NCBI GenBank assembly: GCA_963803435.1
Contig: CAWDML010000009.1
Span: 1,376,001 to 1,440,000, forward strand
DNA length: 64,000 bases
Reading direction: 5' to 3'
Origin: an uncultured delta proteobacterium
GTDB taxonomy: Bacteria; Myxococcota; Kuafuiibacteriia; Kuafuiibacteriales; Kuafuiibacteriaceae
Position numbers and translations under genes: made by a program. Below are positions 22,651 through 31,551 of the stretch, in pieces. The notes beneath the pieces are model-generated. The model worked only from the letters and a program-made list of their open reading frames with translations, did not search any database and was not told the origin of the DNA. The number at the start of each line of letters is the position of its first letter. Positions within the stretch are counted from its first letter, which is position 1.

Positions 22651-24621
22651 ATGGGTCCCGTCCTGTTCTCCATACTTTTCGGGCAGGTCGCCGTGCTGGA
22701 CTTCACCGAGAAGGGGGAAGCCGCCGCCTGGCTGCCGGCGCACGTCTCGGACGTGGTGGCGCTCAAGCTGCGCTTCCTCGGCATCGACGTCCGCGACCGT
22801 CACTTCGCCAGGGACGCGCGCGGGCCAGCGGAGCGCGCGGCGAGCCCTGCGCGTGGGGTTGGGCGGGAGGGCTTGGCCCGAGCGGGCTCCGGGGTGCTCG
22901 ACGCGCTGGTGTTCGGACGCGTGCGACCGGCCGCGGCAGACGAGGAGTCCGATCGCATCACCGTGGAGGTGAAGGTCGCGACCGGCGGGAGAGAGACGCG
23001 GCTGACCGCAGCGGGCCGCGCGGGGGAGCTGGATCGACTGACCGCCGACCTCGCCGCCCAGGTGGCGGGGCTGATCGGACGCGCGGTCAATCCCGAGACA
23101 CGCACGCTGCTCGCGCACGCGGCCGAGCACCCGTTCGCCGTGCATCGCTTCCTCGGGATGGCCGAGCGCCGGCTCGAGTCGGGCGACTACGTGCAGGCGA
23201 CGCTCATGTTCGATCGCGCGGGCTCGTTCGCACATCAGGGCGCGATCCCGGAGGCGCTCGAGGGCCGGTACCGCGCCGAGAGCGCCCGCGTCGCGAAGGG
23301 CGACGCCGAGTTCGGCTCGCGAAACGACCTGGCGGCGGCCGCGGCGGAGCGAGCGTCGGTCGCGCTGCGCGACGGCGCGGGGGATGAGGCCCGCCGGGCC
23401 CTGATCGACGTGCTTCGCTACACGTCGCTGCGCGCGCGGCGGTGGACGGCGACGCTCGATCTGAGCGGACCCGACCGCGCGGTGATCGTGGGTCGCGACA
23501 AGCGCTGGCTGGTGCAGATCGACACCGGCCCGCAGGGTCTGTGGACGCTCCACCCGCCGACCGGGACCGTGCTCTCGGTCTCGGCGGGACGAAAAGGCCT
23601 AGCCGGCGCGATCGCGGCGCACCTGCTGCTGTTGAACGGTCGCATCCTCTCGCGGGCCCCCCTGATCGGCGACACGATCTGGAAGATCGCACTGCCGCTT
23701 CAACCCGCCGACGATCCCTGGGAGCGTACCTTGCTGGCGCAGGGATCGCTCGGCGTGCGGGCCGACGACGGCGTGGTCTGGGTGGAGGTCGGCGTCGGCG
23801 CGCTCGGGCAGGTGGCCACGCATACCCGGCCGCTCGCCCAGAGCCCCGGCGGCATCCTGGTGCGCACGGCCAAGGGCGAGATCGGCCTCCTGCGCCCGGG
23901 CAAGAAGACGCCCGCATGGAAGATCGACGCCGGCGTGGTCGACGGCGCCGCGCTCACCACCGACCGCGCGCTCCTCCTCTCCGGCGGCCAGCTCCAGATC
24001 CTCCAGGCGGCCAACGGCAAGGAGACACGGAAGCTGCCCGCCCCCAAGGACGGTCGCATCCTCCGCGCCCACGGCCGCTACGCCTGCCTCGACGCGACCG
24101 ACGGCGTGCACCTGTTCGACGTGCTGGCCGGCGAGATGACCGCCGTCCTCCGAGGCCCCGGCCCGGCAATCGACTGCCACCCCGAGAGCGAGGGCGTCTC
24201 AATCCTCTACCAGGGCGGCGACCTCCTCTTCTTCCACCGCGATGGAAAGCTCCTCGACCGGGCCCGCGCCCCCGGAAAACCGGCCCGCCTCCTCCGCGGC
24301 AGCCCCCTCGCACCCGGCCCCGTCGCCATCACCGACCAGGGCCTCTTCGCCTTCGCCGACCCTTCGCCCGACCCCCTGCTCCGCGACGCGAACGCGATGA
24401 TCCGCCTCGCCGAGCTCGAGCTCCACGCGAACGACCTCCCCGCCGCCCTCCGCCTCGCCGACTGGGTCGCGCTCACCTCCGCAGGACAGGTGGCCCAGGC
24501 GGAGACGCTCCGCGCTGCAATCCTCGACCGCATGAAGGCCGTGAAGGCGGCTACCCGGGCCAAGGCGCGCGCCCGCGTGGCGGAGGATGCTTCCGTGCCG
24601 CTGCCCGCGTTCGGGCTGTGA
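22651..24621 (+). CDS. Hypothetical protein with helical/TPR-like region and PQQ-like beta-propeller repeats
   Basis: Long ORF with genome-typical codons; W-K-I..G repeats and ..ANGKE../..DVLAGE.. propeller turns. Confidence 0.6.
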   Translation: MGPVLFSILFGQVAVLDFTEKGEAAAWLPAHVSDVVALKLRFLGIDVRDRHFARDARGPAERAASPARGVGREGLARAGSGVLDALVFGRVRPAAADEESDRITVEVKVATGGRETRLTAAGRAGELDRLTADLAAQVAGLIGRAVNPETRTLLAHAAEHPFAVHRFLGMAERRLESGDYVQATLMFDRAGSFAHQGAIPEALEGRYRAESARVAKGDAEFGSRNDLAAAAAERASVALRDGAGDEARRALIDVLRYTSLRARRWTATLDLSGPDRAVIVGRDKRWLVQIDTGPQGLWTLHPPTGTVLSVSAGRKGLAGAIAAHLLLLNGRILSRAPLIGDTIWKIALPLQPADDPWERTLLAQGSLGVRADDGVVWVEVGVGALGQVATHTRPLAQSPGGILVRTAKGEIGLLRPGKKTPAWKIDAGVVDGAALTTDRALLLSGGQLQILQAANGKETRKLPAPKDGRILRAHGRYACLDATDGVHLFDVLAGEMTAVLRGPGPAIDCHPESEGVSILYQGGDLLFFHRDGKLLDRARAPGKPARLLRGSPLAPGPVAITDQGLFAFADPSPDPLLRDANAMIRLAELELHANDLPAALRLADWVALTSAGQVAQAETLRAAILDRMKAVKAATRAKARARVAEDASVPLPAFGL

Positions 24622-24676
24622 AGCGGGCGATCGCCGCAGAGTGGGCCGTCGCCGAGGTGCGGTCACCGGTCAGACT

Positions 24677-26848
24677 TCAGCGGACATCGAGGAACGTCGA
24701 GGCGGTGGCGGAGTTGCCGGCCTCGTCCTCGACCCGGACGAGGACGGTCTGCCGACCCTTCTCGAGCTTCGGCGCGCCGGGGACGTTGTTGGCCTCGAGG
24801 TCGGCGGAGAGCTTTTCGGTGCGGGCGTCGATGAGGCCGTCCGCGGCGGGGAGCATCAGCCAGGGGCCGCCGGAGACGGAGAACTCGGCAGCGCCGAGGG
24901 CGGAGACGGCGTCGGTGGCCTCGGCTTCGATGCGGACGCGGCCGTGGGCGGCGCTGCTAGCCTTGAGGCCCTTGATCTCGGGCGGCACATTGTCGATCAC
25001 GAAGGGCTCGGACATGTTGCGATCGATCAGCGAGGTCTCGGGCGGGTTCGAGGGGCGGTCGGTGGCGGTGATGCGGAACTGGTACTTGCCGTCGGGGTAG
25101 GCGCGGCTGTCGAAGCTGTAGAACGTGTGCTCGAGATCGTCGGCGACCTTGCTGAACGCGGCCTCGCGATCGACGCTGCGCATCTCGACGCGGTAGAGCA
25201 GCTGGTCGTCGTTCGGATCGCTGGCGTTCCAGGAGACGGTCATCATGCCCGCCTTGACGCCCTGGCGGACGCGGACGCGATCTTCGTCGGACTCGAAGGG
25301 CTTGCGGAGATCGCGGATGACGCTGGCGTTGAGCGTCACCGTCTTCTCCTTCTCCTCTTCGGCGGGCATCGCGCTCATGTAGACGCCGCGGCGGAGCAGG
25401 AAGACCTCCTTGACCTCGGGCGGCTCGTTCATGCGGACGACCGAGGCGTGGAGAGACTTCAAGACGGGGGCCTGGCCCTTCGGCGAGGAGGCGAGCTCGG
25501 CGCGGATCTGCACGTAGCGGCCGCGCGGCACCTGGATCGGCCCGCCGTCCGCGCGATCGATCGCCGCGCTCCAGCCGGACCAGGTCTCGTCGTGCTCCCG
25601 CGTGTTGCCGGTCCGAAGCGAGATCTGGACCTTGGCAGCCTGGGGGATGTCGGCGTCGAACCAGATCCGTCCGATCGACGAGACGCGCCGGAGGTCCTGC
25701 TCGGAGGAGACCCACACCGAGCTCTGGCGCACGCCCGGACCGACGCGCAGCACGCGGCCCGCCGGTGCGGTCCCCACGATCAGAGCCCCCTGCGTGGGCG
25801 CGCTCATCAGTGTGGTCGCCATCGGCGCCTCGATGCGCGTGATGAGGAGCAGGCGATCGCGGTTCTTCGGATCGACGCCGTAGATCCGGCCGCGGCCCTT
25901 CTTCGCGCCCGCCGTGGCGATGTACACGCGGCCGGCGTGGGCGTCGTATGCGAGGCCCAGAGCGCCCTCCGTCTTGCTGGTCCAGATCAGATCGACCGCG
26001 CCGGTGCTGTGGATGCGGACCACCTCGCTGCCCTTGATCGGCGCGTCGTCGTCGGCGGGAGCGTCCCCCTTCACCGGCCCGATCAGCTTGTCTGGATCCA
26101 GCGCACCGGGCTTCGACTCGCTGACGAACGCCGCGTACAGATCACCGCTCACCGGATCGATCGCGAAGGCGGTCGTCTCCTCCATCGAGGAGTCGTACAG
26201 CGCGTACGACTTCTTGCCGTCGATCCGATACACGACTCCCTTCTGGCCGCCGCCGGCGATCAGCCCCATCTTCGGGTGCACGATCAAGGCGCGGACGTGG
26301 GTCTCGCCGGGATCGAGGACGACGTCCGACTTGCCGCCCGGCATCACCTCGAGCACGCGACCGGGGAGGCCGGTGGCGATGTAGAGCCCGCCCTTGCCGT
26401 TCGGGACCATCGCCCACACGTACTTCCCGGCCGGATCGAAGAACGGCGTGGACTTGCCGCCCGTCAGGGCCACGATCTTGCCGTCGGGGCTGGTGGCCGC
26501 GAAGAGCGTGCCGCGGTCGTGGGCGAGGGCCGAGATCACCAGCTTCTCCTGCTCGAGCAGCTGGCGCGTCTTGCCCGCCGCGTTGACCTCCACGAGGCCG
26601 CCGCCCGCGGTGCCGACGTACACGACGCCGCCGTCTCCGGTGACCATCGAGACAATCGGCCGCTCGCCGGTGCGGGCCAGCTCGACCGCCTGAGGTCCCA
26701 TCGTGATGCGTCCGTGCGCGTCGACGCTGGCGGTCTCGGGATCGCCGGGCAGGACCTCCGCGGGCCCGCTGATGCTGAGCTCCCGGGTCGGCTCCGCGAA
26801 GGCCGGCAGGGCGACGGTGAAGACGAGTGAACAGAGGATAATCCGCAT
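24677..26848 (-). CDS. Secreted beta-propeller/Fn3-like protein, partner of the S55 peptidase
   Basis: Signal peptide; repeats YVGT, FAATSPDGKI, YVWAM, YIATG; WSGWS..RYVQIR; SWNASDPNDD; PDGKYQFRI. Confidence 0.75.
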   Translation of the reverse strand: MRIILCSLVFTVALPAFAEPTRELSISGPAEVLPGDPETASVDAHGRITMGPQAVELARTGERPIVSMVTGDGGVVYVGTAGGGLVEVNAAGKTRQLLEQEKLVISALAHDRGTLFAATSPDGKIVALTGGKSTPFFDPAGKYVWAMVPNGKGGLYIATGLPGRVLEVMPGGKSDVVLDPGETHVRALIVHPKMGLIAGGGQKGVVYRIDGKKSYALYDSSMEETTAFAIDPVSGDLYAAFVSESKPGALDPDKLIGPVKGDAPADDDAPIKGSEVVRIHSTGAVDLIWTSKTEGALGLAYDAHAGRVYIATAGAKKGRGRIYGVDPKNRDRLLLITRIEAPMATTLMSAPTQGALIVGTAPAGRVLRVGPGVRQSSVWVSSEQDLRRVSSIGRIWFDADIPQAAKVQISLRTGNTREHDETWSGWSAAIDRADGGPIQVPRGRYVQIRAELASSPKGQAPVLKSLHASVVRMNEPPEVKEVFLLRRGVYMSAMPAEEEKEKTVTLNASVIRDLRKPFESDEDRVRVRQGVKAGMMTVSWNASDPNDDQLLYRVEMRSVDREAAFSKVADDLEHTFYSFDSRAYPDGKYQFRITATDRPSNPPETSLIDRNMSEPFVIDNVPPEIKGLKASSAAHGRVRIEAEATDAVSALGAAEFSVSGGPWLMLPAADGLIDARTEKLSADLEANNVPGAPKLEKGRQTVLVRVEDEAGNSATASTFLDVR

Positions 26849-26861
26849 GCGAATCGAGCTC

Positions 26862-28770
26862 CTAACGAACCACGGTGATCGGAACGCTCATCCCGCCCAC
26901 GACGACGTCCGAGAAGGGGACCTTCACGTCGGGCCCCATCTTCTCGTCGAGCTTCTTGAGCGTCCGTTCGGACTGAGCGCCGAGATAGGCGCGGGCCGAG
27001 GGCGGGAGCGCCGTCATGATCTCGGCGTCCTCGCGGAGCCCCTTGCCCGGCGCGAAGAGCTTGGCGAAGAGAGCGCGGGCCGGCCGTCGCTCGGCGAGGA
27101 TCCCCAGCAGGTCGTCGAGGTTGGTCGGATGCCGAGTGCCGTAGACATCCCCCTCGCGCTGGTCCATCTCGACGCCGCCAGCGACGTAGAATCTCGCAGT
27201 CGCCGCTGAAGTCGCGGGGGACGTCGACGGTGAGAGGCACGTCAATCAGGTCACCGCGGATCTCGCGGAGACGCGCGGTCACCAGGATGCGGTCCCCGGG
27301 CCCGACCGTGGTGCGGTCCGCGATCACCTCCTCGAGCGACGCCAGCGCCACCTTGCGGGAGATGCGCAGATTGGCCTCGATCCCGCGGACCTCGGGGACG
27401 GCGATGTCGTTTCGCTCGATGGTGTTGATGAGCGAGGCGATGTCGTTGGCCACGAAGGCCGCCACCCGCATGGGCGCTTGCGCGCTGTAGGTGTCGACGA
27501 CCCGCAGCGTCCGATCGCGCACGTGAAACTTCACGTCCATGTCGATGGTCCCGCCGGCCTCGTAGCCGAGCCGGCGGGCGGCGGCGCTGGTGATCGCGGT
27601 CTCCGCCATCACCGGCATCCAGGTCTGCTCGTCGACGATCTCGACGTCGGTGGTCTCGACGCGCCTGGTGTCGTCGTCCGCACGCTCGACCCGCACGTGC
27701 ACGGGGACCATCGGTGCGCTCTCACCGAGCCGGCCGGCGATCGCCGTCAGGCGGTCCTGGGTGATCGATCCGACCTCGCGGGCCGCCACGCCTTGCTTGT
27801 ACGATCCGGCGTCGCTGGCAAGCGTGTTCAGGATGGCGGCGGTGTACATGGGGAACGCGACGTGTCCCCAGCCCACGAACGGGTGACCGAACGCGAAGAC
27901 AGTGCCCTTCTCGTCGACCATCGTCACGGTACCGATCGCGGCGATGTTGAGGTCGCCCTGCATCAGGAGGGCGGCGATGGGGGAGGCCGGGGCGATCGGC
28001 GCGCTCTTCACCCGACCGGCCGAGTCCGCGTCGTTCTTCTGGACCTGCCTCGCCCCCGGGCTTCGGGGCTTGAAGGCGACGGCGCCCGATCCCACGAGGA
28101 ATCCGGCCCCGGCCAGGCGCTGCCCGATGGCGTCGGCGACCGCCGCAGGCACGCCGCTGATGCCGAGCGGGGTCTCGATGGGGCGCCCGGCGTAGGGGCC
28201 GATCGACACCGGCGCGGTCTCGGGGAGCGGCACCGGCGCCGGCGTGTGGCTGCGAAGCTCGCGGACGTTGACGCCGGTGTCTTGGATCGGCGGAAGGGCG
28301 GCCTGCCGCGGGCCGAGGTCAACCTCGTCTCCGTAGACGTCGAGCATCGTCTGGATCGGGGTGATGCCGGCGATCGGCTCCTTGGAGAACGCCCCGAAGC
28401 GATAGGAGACGGCGCCGAGGAGACGGCCGTCGAGATACACGGGGCTGCCGCTCATCCCTGCGATCACGCCGGTGAACTTGATGTCGTCGCCGCTGAGGCG
28501 GGCGAGGATCACCGGCTTCCTCGGGCCGAGCATGTCCTCGAGGACCCCGAGGACCTCGAAGCCGAACTCGGTGACCTTGTCCTCCGCCAGCACTGTGTAG
28601 CCGACTCCGCGGTCTCCCCGTTTCACCTCTGCGAGCGGATAGATCTTCTGCCGGGTGGTGACCGGAAACCCACCTCTGAACTCCACCGACTTGGCCTCCG
28701 CCGTGGGCTGCGCCCGCGCGGGCTGGGGCGCCGCCAGGAGGATGAGCGCAACGACCCATCGCATCTGCAT
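26862..28770 (-). CDS. SpoIVB-like peptidase S55 domain protein (frameshift at 27189)
   Basis: Signal peptide; GVIAGMSGSPVYLDGRLLGAVSY; AFGHPF. Confidence 0.85.
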
Positions 28771-28860
28771 GAGATTTCATGGGCTATAACGCGCGAAAGG
28801 CAACAAAGGAAGGCACCTCCGCATCAAGCCCCGAACTGGAGTATCTTCAGCCGGGGAACG

Positions 28861-30429
28861 GTGAGCGACCCAAAGCGAGAGAACGGTCCCCTGCGGCCCC
28901 CGCGGGGCGCCGTGAAGGATGTGCCGGCGAGGCCGCCCGACCCCTCGCTGGCGGCCGACCTGCTGCTCGATCTCAAGCAGACCGAGCCCGACTTCGAGCC
29001 GGACTTCGTGATCACGGAGTTCATCCCGGCCGAGCCGCTCGGGGCTGAATCTCCCCTCGATCCGGATGCTTTCACCATTCAGGATCCCCAGTTCGACCCC
29101 GACGCGAGCGACGAGTCGACCCTGCGCATCGACGTGTCGACCTCACTCCCCATGGCCAAGATCCCGCCGGCGGTGACCGACATCGATCCGCCCCGGTTCC
29201 GGCTGCCTCAGCCTGAGCCTGAGCGCGCCATCACGGGCATCCCACTCGGGGGTGCGCCCGAGCCGGCGCCCGCGCAGGTTCCGCCTCCCGCGCACACACC
29301 GTCCGGCCCCACCGCGCCGGCGCCGAAGCTCAGCCTGCCGTGCCACGTCGTCGTGGTGGACGACGACCGCCGCGCCGGCGCGCAAACCGGCGCGCGGCTC
29401 ATGGAGGTGGGGTGCACGTGTCGCGCGGTCACGCTCGAGGAGTCGGCGGGCGTGCTCGATCACGCGGTTCACGTGGTGCTCCTCGAGGTGCCCGCCGCAG
29501 AAGCGCGGACCGACGCCGGCTGGGCGCGGATGTCGCGCCTCGGCGCGTGGAGGGGCCCGCTCGTCCTCACCTCGGCGGCGGTGATCGATACGCTGCCGGA
29601 GGCCGCCGGCGCCACCGTCGTCAAGCCGTACTTCATCGAAGACCTGATCGCGGCCATCGAGAAGGCGCGTCGCAAGCCGCCGCCGCCCGGCCCGGGCCGA
29701 ACGCGGGCGCGCGCGATGGATCCGATCGAGGCGATCGCACACCACGATCTCGACGCGAACGTGGTGCGGGCGATGTTCGTGCGGGCGGACGGACAGGTGA
29801 ATCGCGGCCGCGTGCGGACGATGTCCTACGACGGCGAGCTGCTGGTCTCGATGAACCAGCCGCCGCGCAAGGGGATCGAGGTCGGCGTGGAGCTGACGCT
29901 CTCCGACGGCCGCCGGATGGAGATCGGCGGGAAGATCTCCCAGTCCTCCGGCACCGACATGGAGATCGCGCTCAAGCTGGGCGACGAGGAGCGCGGGTTC
30001 GTCCACTACTTCCTCGATCAGGCGCGCGACGTGACGCAGTCCTTCGTCGAGCAGGTGCGGATCCACCAGGTGCAATCGTTGCCCTCGGCGACCGTGGACG
30101 AGAACCAGCTCGACCGCCTCTGGAAGGAGGCCGCCAGCAAGCTCGACGAGGACGACGTCCAGCAGCGCTTCATCCAGGCCTGCCTCAAGGCCCAGAAGCT
30201 CGAGCACGCGGTCAAGTGTTACCGAGAGCTCAAGCAGCAGAGCCCGGACGACGAGCGCGTGGCGCGGTACCTCCTTCAGGTGGGGACGATCCTCGGGTTC
30301 TACGCGTTCAAGAAGGAACCCCAGGTCAAGGACGACGGCGCCAAGCTTCCCATGCCGGTGAAGATCGCGATGGGCCTGTTCGTGGGTGCGGCGGTGATCC
30401 TTTGGATCATGTTGGTGGTCATGAGGTAG
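28861..30429 (+). CDS. Pseudo-receiver + PilZ-like + C-terminal TM protein
   Basis: VVVVDDD..VVLLEV..VKPY receiver fold; RVRTMSYDGELL..VELTL..IGGKI PilZ-like; hydrophobic C-terminus. Confidence 0.55.
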   Translation: MSDPKRENGPLRPPRGAVKDVPARPPDPSLAADLLLDLKQTEPDFEPDFVITEFIPAEPLGAESPLDPDAFTIQDPQFDPDASDESTLRIDVSTSLPMAKIPPAVTDIDPPRFRLPQPEPERAITGIPLGGAPEPAPAQVPPPAHTPSGPTAPAPKLSLPCHVVVVDDDRRAGAQTGARLMEVGCTCRAVTLEESAGVLDHAVHVVLLEVPAAEARTDAGWARMSRLGAWRGPLVLTSAAVIDTLPEAAGATVVKPYFIEDLIAAIEKARRKPPPPGPGRTRARAMDPIEAIAHHDLDANVVRAMFVRADGQVNRGRVRTMSYDGELLVSMNQPPRKGIEVGVELTLSDGRRMEIGGKISQSSGTDMEIALKLGDEERGFVHYFLDQARDVTQSFVEQVRIHQVQSLPSATVDENQLDRLWKEAASKLDEDDVQQRFIQACLKAQKLEHAVKCYRELKQQSPDDERVARYLLQVGTILGFYAFKKEPQVKDDGAKLPMPVKIAMGLFVGAAVILWIMLVVMR

Positions 30430-30437
30430 CGTGCCGC

Positions 30438-31547
30438 ATGCGCGTGCGTCTCGTCGGCCTCGCGCTCCTCTCGTTCGCCTGCAAGAGAACGCCGGAGACC
30501 CCGATCGTCATCGGGGTGGTCGAGCCGCTGACCGGCCCTCGCGCCTCCTACGGCGTGTCCGCGAAGAACGGGATCGACCTGGCGATCGCGGAGGAGAACG
30601 CAGCCGGGCGGCTGGGGCGGAAGATCGAGGTGGTGCACCTCGACGATCAGGGCGAGGGATCGATCGCCGTCGACGCCGTCCGCAGGCTGATCGCGGAGGA
30701 GCACGTCGATCTCCTGATCGGCGAGGTCGCCTCCGACGCCGCGCTGGCGATGGCGCCCGCCGCACAGCGGGCCGCCACCCCGATGTTGACGCCCGCCGCC
30801 ACCTCGCCGCGCGTGACGGACGTCGGGGACTACATCTTCCGGATCTGTTTTGCCGATCCGTTCCAAGCCGACGCGATGGCGCACTTCGCGATCCGCGAGC
30901 TCTCCCTCGACAAGGCGGCGGTGCTCCGCGATCTCGACAGCGAGTACTCGATTGATCTGGCGGAGGCCTTCGCGGCCCGCTTTACGGCCCTGGGCGGCCA
31001 CGTCGTCGCGACCGAACACTTCCAGCAGGGCGACCGCTCCTTCGCGCCGGCGCTGGAGAAGATCCGACGGGCCGGCGCCGCCGCCGTGTACGTGCCCGCC
31101 TATCACCTCGACGTGGCCCGGCTCTCGACCGAGCGCGAGCGGCTCGGCGGAGCGATCCTCCTCGGGAGCGACGGCTGGGATGCCAACGAGCTGCTGCTCA
31201 CCGCCGGGCCCGCGCTCGAAGGGAGCTACTTCACCGCCCACGTCTCGATGGACGACCCCCGCCCCGAGGTGAAGCGCTTCGTCGAGGCCTACACGAAGGA
31301 GTACAACGAGCAGCCCGACGCGACCGCAGCGCTCGGCTACGACGCGGCCCGCTATGCGCTGGCCGCGATCCGCGAGACGGGCAGCACCGACAAGGAGGAG
31401 GTCCGCGCGGCCCTCGCCGGGCTCGAAGGCTTCACCGGTGTGACGGGGCCGATCCACCTCGACGCACGGCGCGACGCGATCAAGCCGGCGGTGGTGGTGA
31501 AGATCGAGGGCGGGCGTCGCGTGTACGTGAAGAGCGTGGCGCCCTGA
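30438..31547 (+). CDS. Branched-chain amino acid ABC substrate-binding lipoprotein (LivJ/K-like)
   Basis: Lipobox LLSFAC; IGVVEPLTG, NGIDLAI, LDDQG, YIFRICFAD, ALGYDA. Confidence 0.88.
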   Translation: MRVRLVGLALLSFACKRTPETPIVIGVVEPLTGPRASYGVSAKNGIDLAIAEENAAGRLGRKIEVVHLDDQGEGSIAVDAVRRLIAEEHVDLLIGEVASDAALAMAPAAQRAATPMLTPAATSPRVTDVGDYIFRICFADPFQADAMAHFAIRELSLDKAAVLRDLDSEYSIDLAEAFAARFTALGGHVVATEHFQQGDRSFAPALEKIRRAGAAAVYVPAYHLDVARLSTERERLGGAILLGSDGWDANELLLTAGPALEGSYFTAHVSMDDPRPEVKRFVEAYTKEYNEQPDATAALGYDAARYALAAIRETGSTDKEEVRAALAGLEGFTGVTGPIHLDARRDAIKPAVVVKIEGGRRVYVKSVAP

Positions 31548-31551
31548 GCGC

